64,000 nucleotides of DNA from Spirulina sp. (GCA_044070495.1 JBIPSI010000025.1:1-64000); one strand, 5' to 3'. Shown: positions 1 through 9,593, counted from the stretch's first letter. Notes: generated by a model from the letters alone, not told the origin. Numbers and translations are program-made.

Positions 1-58
1 GTTGTTCTGCCTGGTAGAAATGTTACTGGTTGGGAACACTAAGTCCACTTACCAGGCA

Positions 59-143
59 CACCAACTCTTCGTTGGAGCCGACGAACGCGTTAGCCCGACG
101 ACGCTGGCTAAGCGGCGTTCGCGGCTCAACTTCGTCATTAGCT
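59..143 (+). mobile_element. attC: attC-like integron cassette recombination site (R' core altered)
   Basis: CACCAAC (59-65), 5-nt spacer, GTTGGAGCCGACGAACGC (71-88) pairing with GCGTTCGCGGCTCAAC (115-130) apart from two extrahelical bases (G, A), 6-nt spacer, then ATTAGCT (137-143) where GTTRRRY is expected. Confidence 0.75.
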
Positions 144-194
144 GGCAAACACCTTTCCTCCACATACTTGCTACCTTTTGGAGATGTTAGGGAT

Positions 195-446
195 GTGCAA
201 CTCAAACTCACAGATGAAGAAATGCAAGAAGTTTACAGAATCTCAGTAAATTGCACTGAAAGCGTAGAAAGGTTGTGCCAACGCCTTGAGATGCTGACTT
301 GGGGAGACGGATTGTTGGAATTTAGAATGCAGGCAAGCGTTGGGCTTTTACCTTGGATGGAGCAGCTTCAGGAGTTGAGTAATCAGGTTAACAAGAGGCT
401 TCAGGAAGCCGGAATACCTTTTGGGCCTAGCTTAGAATATTATTAA
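195..446 (+). CDS. small orphan protein (83 aa), probable cassette ORF
   Basis: 3' part of ORF 30..446; GTG at 195 with GGAGA at 180-184; the upstream part of the long ORF overlaps the attC-like site. Confidence 0.5.
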   Translation: MQLKLTDEEMQEVYRISVNCTESVERLCQRLEMLTWGDGLLEFRMQASVGLLPWMEQLQELSNQVNKRLQEAGIPFGPSLEYY

Positions 447-583
447 AAAAATACAGGTAGACAAGAGGCACACAAACTAGATGAATTCTTTTAATACTAA
501 CAAAATGATCAGAAAATAAAGGCATCAACTTCGTAGGCTTTCTCTATTGAGCGAACTGAGTAAAAGTTAAATGGGCAGATCTC

Positions 584-1789
584 ATGAAATCAGAAATAGA
601 GAAAAGGGAAGCTCTTGAGAGATTCGTTATAGATAATAAAAATTTAGAGGAATTAGAGCAGAAAATTTCTAGATTTAATATTTTTGAAGCTATTGGAATG
701 GTTAGACAAGAGATCAAACATTCAAACTTTATCCAATTCTTATTAAGCCCGTCTGAGAAGCATCGCCTTGGAGAACACTTCTTAAAAAATCTACTGATGC
801 AAACTTTACGTAATTCAGAAAATGCGCCATTAAATACCTTGGAGCTTGCTATCTCAAATTTCAATGATGCTGAAGTGAGACGTGAATGGAAAAATATTGA
901 TTTACTTATTTATTCACCAAGTAATCATTTCATTTGCGTCATTGAGAACAAAGTTGATTCTTTGGAAGGTTTCAATCAACTTGACAGATATGAGTCAATC
1001 ATTCAAAAAGAATTTCCTGACTGCCAAAAAGTATTTATCTTCTTGACAAGGGATGGTGTCCCCGCTTCAAGCTCCAGATGGTTATCGCTGAGTTACGCCA
1101 GTATTGCAGATATTTTAGAAAAAATCTGCGAAGAGCAAAAGTCAAGCATTGGCAATGATATTTATGTTTCGATACGTCACTATATTGATTTAATTCGGAG
1201 GCATATCATGAGTGAGTCTGATATAGCACAACTATGTCGGGAAATATATAAACAACACCGACAAGCTATCGATCTGATTTATGAACATCGGCCTGATCTT
1301 AGATCAGATATTGAAGAGATGCTAGGGAATATTATAGAAGAATACTCAGAATCTATGAATCTTGAAAAGGATGGAAGTAATCAGCGATGGATTCGATTTG
1401 CACCTAAAGAATGGGATAACTTGGTTGTCCAAAAATCCTGCTCTGGATGGACAAATAGTAAACGAATCTTGCTTTTTGAGTTTTGGAATGAGCCACAGAG
1501 TCTGGAATTAAGACTAGTTGCTGGCCCTGGAAGCATCCAAGTAAAGCAAGAGATTTATGTAAAGCTTAAAGAAATATCTGTATCAGGAATTAGGAAATGT
1601 AAAATTAGTGAATCAGGATTTAATCAGCTTTGCATTATTCCAGTTCTTGATTCTCTGGACTATGAAGACGGAACCCTCGAAGATATAAAAGAAAAGATTA
1701 AATCGTTCTGGATCAATTATTCTAGTGGCGATATGAAAAAAATCCGCGAGGCCATTTTTAACTCATTTGAACGAAAGCAGATTAGTTGA
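584..1789 (+). CDS. PD-(D/E)XK nuclease superfamily protein (PDDEXK_4-like)
   Basis: FNIFE...EIKHSNFIQFLL, REWKNIDLLI, VIENKV, QLDRY motifs; AT-rich. Confidence 0.8.
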   Translation: MKSEIEKREALERFVIDNKNLEELEQKISRFNIFEAIGMVRQEIKHSNFIQFLLSPSEKHRLGEHFLKNLLMQTLRNSENAPLNTLELAISNFNDAEVRREWKNIDLLIYSPSNHFICVIENKVDSLEGFNQLDRYESIIQKEFPDCQKVFIFLTRDGVPASSSRWLSLSYASIADILEKICEEQKSSIGNDIYVSIRHYIDLIRRHIMSESDIAQLCREIYKQHRQAIDLIYEHRPDLRSDIEEMLGNIIEEYSESMNLEKDGSNQRWIRFAPKEWDNLVVQKSCSGWTNSKRILLFEFWNEPQSLELRLVAGPGSIQVKQEIYVKLKEISVSGIRKCKISESGFNQLCIIPVLDSLDYEDGTLEDIKEKIKSFWINYSSGDMKKIREAIFNSFERKQIS

Positions 1790-1831
1790 TCTATTCTAGA
1801 TTTAGGATCATAGGGATAGGAGATGTAAGAT

Positions 1832-2056
1832 ATGCCAACAGCAATTCAGGAAATTTATAATCATGTTCTCTCTGCTCTATCGCCTGCTGAACGCTTACAA
1901 CTAGCGACTCTGATTCTTAATAGCCTGGTTCAGGCAAATATGTCTGTTATGGATGATAGCGGTACTTGGACAGAGCAAGATCAACTCGATCTAGCTGCTT
2001 TTTCTCTACAGTACGCGGTGTCTGCTTTCCCTGAGGATGAGGAGATTGCTCAGTGA
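1832..2056 (+). CDS. putative antitoxin
   Basis: 74-aa acidic protein overlapping the downstream toxin gene (GTGA). Confidence 0.65.
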   Translation: MPTAIQEIYNHVLSALSPAERLQLATLILNSLVQANMSVMDDSGTWTEQDQLDLAAFSLQYAVSAFPEDEEIAQ

Positions 2057-2394
2057 ATTTTAGCCCAGGCGATATAGTAACGGTTGATTTCCCTGGTGTA
2101 ACAGGTGTTAAACGTCGCCCAGCAGTTGTGCTGTCTTCAACCGAGTATCATTCCATTCGTCCTGATGTCATTATTGGCCTCATCACCTCACAAACAAAAG
2201 GGTTAAGTGTTACAGATTATGTACTTCAGGATTGGCAGACAGCAGGGTTGAGAGTGGCATCTGTTTTCCGCAGCTTTATTGTGACGCTGCCCCGTTCAGC
2301 GAACTTGGTCTTGATTGGGCGATTATCTGACCGGGACTGGAAAGGCGTTAGGACTTGTGTCAAAACTGCTTTAACCGATTTGGATGACTCTTAA
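2053..2394 (+). CDS. PemK/MazF family toxin
   Basis: GDIVTVDFP...KRRPAVVLS, IIGLITSQ, W..AGL...S..R motifs. Confidence 0.85.
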   Translation: MNFSPGDIVTVDFPGVTGVKRRPAVVLSSTEYHSIRPDVIIGLITSQTKGLSVTDYVLQDWQTAGLRVASVFRSFIVTLPRSANLVLIGRLSDRDWKGVRTCVKTALTDLDDS

Positions 2395-2437
2395 TCTTTA
2401 TCGCTTAAAAAAGCATTAGGACTCTCGCTGAACAGCC

Positions 2438-2523
2438 AGCTAACCCTACGTTGGTGCGGACGGTAAAGGGGTTGTCGGTAAGAGTTCAAGGTTAACTGCC
2501 GCCGCACAACTCCACCGTTATGC
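2438..2523 (+). mobile_element. attC: attC-like integron cassette recombination site
   Basis: AGCTAAC (2438-2444), 5-nt spacer, GTTGGTGCGGACGGTA pairing with TGCCGCCGCACAAC apart from extrahelical G and A, 6-nt spacer, GTTATGC (2517-2523). Confidence 0.8.
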
Positions 2524-2625
2524 CACCAGTTCTTGGTTCTGAGGGGCCTTAAAGTTTATTGGTTTGTTGGATCAATTGGCCTCTGCGTGGGGTATGGCCG
2601 TAAATTCATTGATTAGCTAGGGTGA

Positions 2626-3621
2626 TTAACCCCATTTCACAATGGCGGAACCCCAGGTTAGCCCTGCGCCAAAGCCTGCGGTGGCGATGGTGTCGCCCGG
2701 TTTAATGTGGCCAGCGCGTACCGCTTCATCCAGGGCTAGGGGCACCGAGGCGGCGGAGGTGTTGCCGTGTTGGGCCATGTTGCTGATCACCCGTTCACTA
2801 GGCACCTTGAGCCGCTGGGCCACGGCATCGAGGATGCGCTGGTTGGCCTGGTGCATCACCAGCCAGTCGATATCGGCAGTGGTGAGGTTGGCCCGGAACA
2901 GAGCTTTTTCAATGACTTCTGGGACGCGGCTGACGGCAAACTTGTAGACCTCGCGCCCGTTCATGGTGATGGGGGTGAAGGTGCCCTGCTGGATGGTGGT
3001 GCCCTCAGTGAGGGGGGCGGATTGGGCCTGGTAAGGGAGCCGCAGGACGCCGTTCATGGAGCCATCGCTGCATAGCTCAAAGCCCAGCAGGTTGTCCTGT
3101 TCGCTGGCTTTTAACACGACAGCCCCAGCCCCATCGCCAAATAGCACGCAGGTGGTGCGGTCGCTCCAATCTGTCCAGCGGGAGAGCACATCGGCCCCAA
3201 TCACCAGCACCGTTTGGAAAGCGCCGGTACGGAGATATTGGGCGGCAGTAACCAGGGCAAACACAAAGCCCGAACAGGCGGCAGTGAGGTCAAAGGCGAC
3301 GGCACGGCTGGCCCCCAGTTCCGCCTGCACCTGGCAAGCACTGCCAAACAGGTCATCAGGGGTGGAGGTGGCCAGCAGAATCATGTCTACCGATTCTGGG
3401 GCAATCTGGGCCATTTCCAATGCGGCGCGTCCAGCCTGGGCGGCAAGGGAAGCCAGGGATTCCTCTGGGGCGGCAAGGTGGCGTTCGCGGATGCCCGTGC
3501 GGGTGCTGATCCACTCGTCGGTGGTGTCCACAACGCGGCTGAGGTCGTCATTGGTGAGCGTCCCCGGCAGGCGGGCTGAGCCACTGCCTACCAGAGCGAC
3601 ACCGGGCATAAACTTTTCCAC
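2626..3621 (-). CDS. fabH: beta-ketoacyl-ACP synthase III
   Basis: AACSGF, HQAN, GNTSAAS catalytic motifs; downstream of plsX. Confidence 0.97.
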   Translation of the reverse strand: MEKFMPGVALVGSGSARLPGTLTNDDLSRVVDTTDEWISTRTGIRERHLAAPEESLASLAAQAGRAALEMAQIAPESVDMILLATSTPDDLFGSACQVQAELGASRAVAFDLTAACSGFVFALVTAAQYLRTGAFQTVLVIGADVLSRWTDWSDRTTCVLFGDGAGAVVLKASEQDNLLGFELCSDGSMNGVLRLPYQAQSAPLTEGTTIQQGTFTPITMNGREVYKFAVSRVPEVIEKALFRANLTTADIDWLVMHQANQRILDAVAQRLKVPSERVISNMAQHGNTSAASVPLALDEAVRAGHIKPGDTIATAGFGAGLTWGSAIVKWG

Positions 3622-3624
3622 AAG

Positions 3625-4659
3625 CTATTCTCCGTCTGCGGCGGGCATGGCCACCCGCTGATACTGGGCCTGAATGCGGTCTAGGACTTGGTTATCCACG
3701 GCTTCCTTAGCTAGGCGCACGGCATTGAACACCGAGGGAGCTTGGGAACTGCCGTGGCTGATCACCGTGACCCCGGCCACGCCGAGCAGCAAGCCGCCGC
3801 CGTGTTCCGCGTGGTCTACCCGCTGCTTAATCCGGCGCAGGTTGGGCTTGAGGATGGCGGTGCCAATCTTGCCGCGAATGCCCTGGGGCAGTTCTTCCCG
3901 CAAAATTTGCAGCACCGATTCGCCCACCGCCTCGGCAAATTTCAGCAGCACGTTGCCCACAAAGCCGTCGCACACCACCACATCGAACTGGCCCGAAAGA
4001 ATATCGCGCCCCTCGGCATTGCCCGCAAAGGGAATGTTGGGGTTGTCCTGCAAAAGCTGATGGGCCTGGAGAGAAAGCTCGTCGCCCTTGCTGGGTTCTT
4101 CGCCAATGTTGATCAGGCCCACGTTGGGATGTTCGACGCCCAGCACGTAGCGGGAGTAGATGGTGCCCATCATGGCGAACTGCTCTAGGTACTTGGGCCG
4201 ACAGTCCACGTTGGCCCCCACATCCAGAATCAGCACGGATTTGTTGGCGATCACCGTGGGGAACACCGCCCCAATGGCCGGACGATCAATGCCCTTCAGC
4301 CGTCCTAAACGCAGCAACGCCGCCGCCATCGCCGCCCCAGAGTGCCCCGCCGAAACCACCGCATCAGCCCGCTTCTGCTTCACCATGTCCATGGCCACGT
4401 TGATGGAAGCCTGGGGCTTGCGGCGCAGGGCACTGAGGGGTTCCTCATGCATTTCAATGGTGCCTTCGGCAGCCACCAGTTCAATGCCCTGGAGGTGTTC
4501 GGGGCTAGCAACGGAGGCGCGAATTTGATCCAGATCGCCCACCAGGAGCACATCTACGTCTAATTCGGCCTTGGCTCTAATGGCCCCTGCTACGATTTCC
4601 CCAGGGGCATAGTCGCCCCCCATTGCGTCAATGGCAATTCGTGCCCGGTTGAGCCCCAT
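3625..4659 (-). CDS. plsX: phosphate acyltransferase PlsX
   Basis: IAIDAMGGD, LDVGANVDC, VVCDGFVGN. Confidence 0.97.
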   Translation of the reverse strand: MGLNRARIAIDAMGGDYAPGEIVAGAIRAKAELDVDVLLVGDLDQIRASVASPEHLQGIELVAAEGTIEMHEEPLSALRRKPQASINVAMDMVKQKRADAVVSAGHSGAAMAAALLRLGRLKGIDRPAIGAVFPTVIANKSVLILDVGANVDCRPKYLEQFAMMGTIYSRYVLGVEHPNVGLINIGEEPSKGDELSLQAHQLLQDNPNIPFAGNAEGRDILSGQFDVVVCDGFVGNVLLKFAEAVGESVLQILREELPQGIRGKIGTAILKPNLRRIKQRVDHAEHGGGLLLGVAGVTVISHGSSQAPSVFNAVRLAKEAVDNQVLDRIQAQYQRVAMPAADGE

Positions 4660-4707
4660 CTGCTGCATCTCAAAAACCTTAGGAAATTCTAGCAGACTAC
4701 CCTACCG

Positions 4708-5436
4708 CTACTCTTCCCCCGGTTCCACAATCCGCTGGAACAGGTAGCCTGTGCCCCGTGCGGTGAGGATGAGTTCGGGGTTGCTGGGGTCGTCCTCTAG
4801 CTTGGCTCGTAGGCGGGAAATGTGCACGTCCACCACGCGGGTATCCACATGGCGTTCGGGGGTGTAGCCCCACACCTCTTGCAGAATTTCGGAGCGGGAG
4901 AAGGGTTCGCCGGAGCGGCTGACCAGCAGTTCTAGCAGGCTGAATTCCATGCCCGTGAGGCGGATCCGCTCATCGCCCTTGTAGACTTGGCGTTTGTTGG
5001 TGTCGATGCGGATGGTGTTAACGGATATCACGCCAGAGCTAGGAATGCCAGACATTCCGGTTTTATCGACCCGACGCAGCACCGAACGAATGCGGGCCTC
5101 TAGCTCCTTGGGAGAGAAGGGCTTCACCACATAGTCATCCGCGCCCAGTTCCAGACCCGTAATCCGGTCGGCCACGTCGCCTAGGGCGGTGAGCATGATG
5201 ATGGGAATGTCGGACTCTTTGCGGAGTTCTTGGCAGACACCATAGCCGTCCAGCTTGGGCATCATCACATCCAGCACCACCAGGTCGGGGATTTCCTTGC
5301 GGAAGGTGTCGAGGGCTTCCTCCCCATCGGCGGCGGTGACCACGTCATAGCCAATCATGGACAAACGGGTTTCGAGGATGCGGCGAATGCTGGCCTCATC
5401 ATCGACAACGAGAATTTTTTCTTTGTTGCTTTCCAA
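4708..5436 (-). CDS. rpaB: OmpR-family response regulator RpaB (Ycf27)
   Basis: KEKILVVDDEASIRRILETRLSMIGY and WGYTPERHVDTRVVDVHISRLR; TTG start inferred. Confidence 0.95.
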   Translation of the reverse strand: MESNKEKILVVDDEASIRRILETRLSMIGYDVVTAADGEEALDTFRKEIPDLVVLDVMMPKLDGYGVCQELRKESDIPIIMLTALGDVADRITGLELGADDYVVKPFSPKELEARIRSVLRRVDKTGMSGIPSSGVISVNTIRIDTNKRQVYKGDERIRLTGMEFSLLELLVSRSGEPFSRSEILQEVWGYTPERHVDTRVVDVHISRLRAKLEDDPSNPELILTARGTGYLFQRIVEPGEE

Positions 5437-5691
5437 GGTTCTCAAGGCTCCCTACATAACGCCCTATTCTATAAAGAAATCCAACGTTTAATTCGTTGTT
5501 TTGCCAGGTTTATGACGCTGAGCTTCACATCCTAGGCGATTCTATGGTACCCAAGCCGACCCGCCGCAGCCCCCCAACAACCGACTGGGACGACATTCCC
5601 CCTATAATCGCTATTAATCCACGGTTAACAAGCGTAACGGCATCATTTCAAGGTTTTTTAAGGTTTATTGCGCGAAACCAGGGCGTTTGCT

Positions 5692-7224
5692 ATGGCTAAA
5701 TCCCGTTCCATCTTTGTCTGCAACGAGTGCGGGGCCGAGTCCTCTCAATACTATGGCCGCTGCCCGGTATGCGGTAGCTGGAACTCTCTGGTAGAGCAGG
5801 CTTTGCCTGCCAAGGAGTCCGCTTCAGCTCGGTTGCCGGGGGTGTCCCGTGGGCGCAGTGCCACCACCGCTAAAACCACCCAGCAGCCCCGCCTCGCCCT
5901 CACCCTAGCCCAAATTCAAGACCATCCCCAAATGCGCCTACCCTCCGGCTATGGGGAATTGGATCGGGTGCTGGGGGGCGGCATTGTGCCCGGTTCCCTG
6001 GTGCTGCTGGGGGGCGATCCGGGCATTGGTAAATCGACCCTGCTCTTACAAGTGGCGAACCAGTTGGCGGCGCGACAGCGGGTGCTGTACGTGTGTGCGG
6101 AGGAATCGGGGCAGCAGGTGAAGTTGCGCTGGCAGCGGCTTGGGCAGGGGGATGGAAGTGGGGAGTCGGGAGTCGGGAGTCGGGAGTCGGAAAACAAGGC
6201 AAAGGGCAAAGGGCAAAAGGCAAAAAGGGGGGGGAATGCGGATTTGGAGGATTGGGAATCCCCTGGGTTAGAAGCGGTCTCTGGAGGAAAGGGGCAGTTG
6301 TATTTGCTGCCAGAGATTGATTTAGAGACGATTTTGATGGAATTAGAGTCGCTACAGCCGACGGTGGCGATTATCGACAGTATTCAGGCGCTTTACTACG
6401 CTACGCTGACCTCGGCTCCGGGGTCGGTGTCCCAGGTGCGGGAATGCACCTCGGCGCTGATGCAGTTGGCCAAGCGAGCGAATATTTCTCTATTTATTGT
6501 CGGCCACGTCACCAAAGAAGGGGCGATTGCTGGCCCCAAGGTGCTGGAGCATTTGGTGGATACGGTGCTGTACTTCGAGGGGGATCGCTTTGCCAGCCAT
6601 CGCCTGCTGCGGTCGGTGAAAAACCGCTTTGGGGCCACCCACGAACTGGGCGTCTTTGAAATGGTAGATCGGGGGCTGGCGGAAATCAGCAACCCCTCGG
6701 CCCTATTCCTGGGCAATCGCGATGAACAAGTGCCCGGTATCGCCACCATCGTCGCCTGTGAAGGAACGCGGCCCCTGGTCGTAGAACTGCAATCCCTGGT
6801 CAGCCCCACCAGCTACAGTTCGCCGCGCCGGTCTACCACGGGAATTGAGTTCAATCGGCTATTGCAAATTTTGGCGGTGCTCGAAAAGCGGGTGGGCATT
6901 CCGCTATCGAAACTCGATGCCTACGTGGCTTCTTCCGGTGGGCTAACCGTGGCCGAACCCGCTGCGGATTTGGGCGTGGCGATTTCCGTGGTAGCCAGCT
7001 TTCGGGATCGCCTAGTGGATCCAGAGTTGGTACTGATTGGCGAAGTCGGTCTTGGTGGCCAGGTGCGGCCTATTTCTCAGTTGGAATTGCGCCTCAAAGA
7101 AGCCGTCAAACTCGGTTTCAAAAAAGCCATCGTCCCTAAGGGCCAAAACGTGAAGGTGGAGGGACTAACCATTGTAGAAGTGTCGCGGGTGGTGGATGCC
7201 ATTGCCCATGCGCTGAAGGGGTGA
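5692..7224 (+). CDS. radA: DNA repair protein RadA/Sms
   Basis: C4 zinc finger, GDPGIGKSTLLLQ, KNRFG, Lon-like C-terminus; carries a low-complexity insertion. Confidence 0.97.
   Translation: MAKSRSIFVCNECGAESSQYYGRCPVCGSWNSLVEQALPAKESASARLPGVSRGRSATTAKTTQQPRLALTLAQIQDHPQMRLPSGYGELDRVLGGGIVPGSLVLLGGDPGIGKSTLLLQVANQLAARQRVLYVCAEESGQQVKLRWQRLGQGDGSGESGVGSRESENKAKGKGQKAKRGGNADLEDWESPGLEAVSGGKGQLYLLPEIDLETILMELESLQPTVAIIDSIQALYYATLTSAPGSVSQVRECTSALMQLAKRANISLFIVGHVTKEGAIAGPKVLEHLVDTVLYFEGDRFASHRLLRSVKNRFGATHELGVFEMVDRGLAEISNPSALFLGNRDEQVPGIATIVACEGTRPLVVELQSLVSPTSYSSPRRSTTGIEFNRLLQILAVLEKRVGIPLSKLDAYVASSGGLTVAEPAADLGVAISVVASFRDRLVDPELVLIGEVGLGGQVRPISQLELRLKEAVKLGFKKAIVPKGQNVKVEGLTIVEVSRVVDAIAHALKG
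6161..6225. repeat. heptamer tandem repeats (STRR-like) inside radA
   Basis: (GGGAGTC)x4 at 6161-6188 and (ARGGCAA)x4 at 6196-6223. Confidence 0.9.
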
Positions 7225-7245
7225 TGCGGTGAGGGCGTGGGGTTG

Positions 7246-7269
7246 GGGCGCACCGCAGTGTGCCCGTAC
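7246..7269 (-). repeat. REP-like hairpin
   Basis: GGGCGCAC-CGCA-GTGTGCCC followed by GTAC. Confidence 0.55.
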
Positions 7270-7321
7270 GAGGAGCGGGTGGTTTAGAATATGAAGAATT
7301 ATGAATTGCGGAGGTATCGCC

Positions 7322-7594
7322 ATGTCCCCCACCGTTGAAATCTACACTTGGACTTACTGCCCCTTCTGCGTTCGCGCCAAGGCATTGCTAGACCGCAAGG
7401 GCATTGAATACACCGAATACTGCATTGACGGCGATGAAGCCGCCCGCCGCGAGATGGCCAAACGCGCCCATGGTCGCCGTTCCCTACCGCAAATTTTCAT
7501 CAACAATCACCACGTTGGCGGCTGCGACGATCTCCATGCCCTGGAGGCCCAAGGCGGTATTGAGCCTCTGCTGGAAGCGGCCCCTGTGGTTTAG
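7322..7594 (+). CDS. grxC: glutaredoxin 3
   Basis: CPFC active site, SLPQIFI, GGCDDL. Confidence 0.95.
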   Translation: MSPTVEIYTWTYCPFCVRAKALLDRKGIEYTEYCIDGDEAARREMAKRAHGRRSLPQIFINNHHVGGCDDLHALEAQGGIEPLLEAAPVV

Positions 7595-7723
7595 GTGCAT
7601 CCCAAGCTCCGTGGTTAGAGCCGTCATTGTCAGGCGGCTCCCTCCCTGAGCAGGTTGGTTAGAATGTTTACGTTGATGAGATCAATCGCGAAAACACCAT
7701 CGTCACGATGGCAAAAAGCTTCC

Positions 7724-8125
7724 TTAGTCGCTGCGTTCCCTGGGATAATCTCTGACGACAAAAATTGGGCTTTGGGCCTTGGGCTGATTTTGCTTTTGCA
7801 CTCGTATAAGGCGGTTTTCCATTGTGTGCCCTAGGTTTTCTAGGTAATAATGCAGGATCTCAGCCTGCCCTCGGTAGTCGCGGTCTTCTTTGCAGATAAT
7901 GATGCCTCTGTGGAAAGTCCCACTACGGTGCAGCGCTATAAAATCTTGTCGGTTAAGGGTGATGACGCTACGGTAATCGCCCACAGCAAAGGTAAGTACG
8001 TCATGGTCTGGAATATTTTGATTCGCCCGTCCGGCTTCGTAGGAAGTCAGTACATCGTGATGGAGTTGACGTAGAGCTTTCACTAGCTCAATCGGCAGAT
8101 TTTCATTGGAATAAAGCCTAGCCAT
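7724..8125 (-). CDS. DUF5615 PIN-like toxin (VapC45-like)
   Basis: MARLYSNENLP, IPDHDVL, VITLNRQDF, HRGII; overlaps the DUF433 gene. Confidence 0.85.
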   Translation of the reverse strand: MARLYSNENLPIELVKALRQLHHDVLTSYEAGRANQNIPDHDVLTFAVGDYRSVITLNRQDFIALHRSGTFHRGIIICKEDRDYRGQAEILHYYLENLGHTMENRLIRVQKQNQPKAQSPIFVVRDYPRERSD

Positions 8126-8447
8126 CGAGATCATCCTCGGCCAGATCAATAATTGCATGGTCAACCTCTTCAGGGTGGCTGGCATAGTAGGCCCGTGCCA
8201 CGATCAGATCGAAGGGAGTGAGTGCAGGAAAGTTGTAGAGTAGTTCGTTGTCGTCGGCCCCTTGATTTTGTAGGGAAATGATTGTCCAAATGGGGATGCG
8301 GGTACTGCGAATGCGGGCGTGACCACCACAAATTCCAGGCGTTTTTTGTACGCTGCGGGTGGTGAGTTGTGACTGAAACAGAGCATAGTCCTCAGGGGGC
8401 AAGGACTCGATCACTTGTACCAAAGATTCAACTAGTTTCACGTTCAT
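8118..8447 (-). CDS. DUF433 family antitoxin
   Basis: TPGICGGHARIRSTRIPIW...YYASHPEEVD. Confidence 0.88.
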   Translation of the reverse strand: MNVKLVESLVQVIESLPPEDYALFQSQLTTRSVQKTPGICGGHARIRSTRIPIWTIISLQNQGADDNELLYNFPALTPFDLIVARAYYASHPEEVDHAIIDLAEDDLDG

Positions 8448-8589
8448 CGGTACATAGCCCAAGTTAAACGACTTCCTAGAAGATCCTAGCGCTGGCTAGC
8501 CATGTTTGAAAGGATACCAGTCTATGTCTAGACTATTCCATAGGGTATACAGCTAAGGCTCAAGATTCCCTCTTTTCAAAGGACTACAC

Positions 8590-9381
8590 TTAATCTGTAG
8601 GATTGGCACGAATGTAGCGAGACAGATGATAGGCCGTCAGCTTTACATCCTCTGCTGAAATGCGCTGGGGTGCGTTTTCTAGAAATTTTGGTAGGGCCTT
8701 AGGATTAAGCACCCAAACCGAAGAGGATTTGGCTCCAGGTGTCTTTTCAATAAACCATCCTGGAAAAACGATAACGGGCCTTACAGGCAAATCGCGGCCT
8801 GTGCTTTCTTGAAGCAAATCGTGGAGCCATTTAGCCTGAGCTTGGGCTTGTTGCAGGGCATCGTTTTGTAGCGGCTTGCCATTGCAGGTAATTTGATTGC
8901 CGTCAAATACCAGCGTGGGACGGCCTGATGAGGGTTTGCTGTAGGTTTTTGTTTCGACGGTGAAAATGCCTCGATCACTCACAATGACATGATCAATATT
9001 GAAGTTTTTGCCAATGATGTCATGATAAACTCGATGACCTTTTTCTCGTAGATCTGACAGGTATTGCCCGACAGCTTTTTCGCCATCACGGGCCATTTTC
9101 AAGCGTTTCCTTAACTGCTTAGATTTACGAAGTTTAAAAATTGAAAAAATCATCCAAGGGATAAGGCCAAGGGTTAGTAATAGAGGATGAGGATTAATCT
9201 TGAATAGCCATTGAAACCATTCGTAGACGAGTAGGACAAAGGTGCATACTAATGCACCCCCGGATTCAAAGATATCTTCTTCCCAGATTCTCTGTAGCTC
9301 TTCGTCGAGGGACTGGCCTGGGTTGCGGAGAAGGTTGTCTGTAATGGGAGAGATTCGGGCAGGCGGACGTTTTTTGAACAT
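8590..9381 (-). CDS. membrane-anchored NERD-domain nuclease-like protein
   Basis: two N-terminal hydrophobic helices, GEKAVG..L, NIDHVIV..RGIFTVETK. Confidence 0.85.
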   Translation of the reverse strand: MFKKRPPARISPITDNLLRNPGQSLDEELQRIWEEDIFESGGALVCTFVLLVYEWFQWLFKINPHPLLLTLGLIPWMIFSIFKLRKSKQLRKRLKMARDGEKAVGQYLSDLREKGHRVYHDIIGKNFNIDHVIVSDRGIFTVETKTYSKPSSGRPTLVFDGNQITCNGKPLQNDALQQAQAQAKWLHDLLQESTGRDLPVRPVIVFPGWFIEKTPGAKSSSVWVLNPKALPKFLENAPQRISAEDVKLTAYHLSRYIRANPTD

Positions 9382-9593
9382 GAAATAGACTACTGGCAGA
9401 TAAGATCTACGACTAACGTGCCCAGGAGAGTAGTTGTAATCCTCGGCTTTTACATTTGTTGATATTCTACGTATCGTAAAGACTTCTACTAGAGATTTGC
9501 CCTCTCTGCAATGAAAGAATCCCTGAATTACTGTGTTGTTTGCAGAACTTTAGGGAGTCTTGGTGTTAACAGAGCCTAAATCATCACGGTAGC

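Noticed and set aside
30..194. 5' part of ORF 30..446 and ORFs 2..190, 23..211
   Set aside because: They overlap the attC-like hairpin; a better start with an RBS lies at 195
9411..9466. Possible minus-strand attC upstream of the NERD gene (GTTAGTC about 30 nt before the ATG)
   Set aside because: No complementary arms
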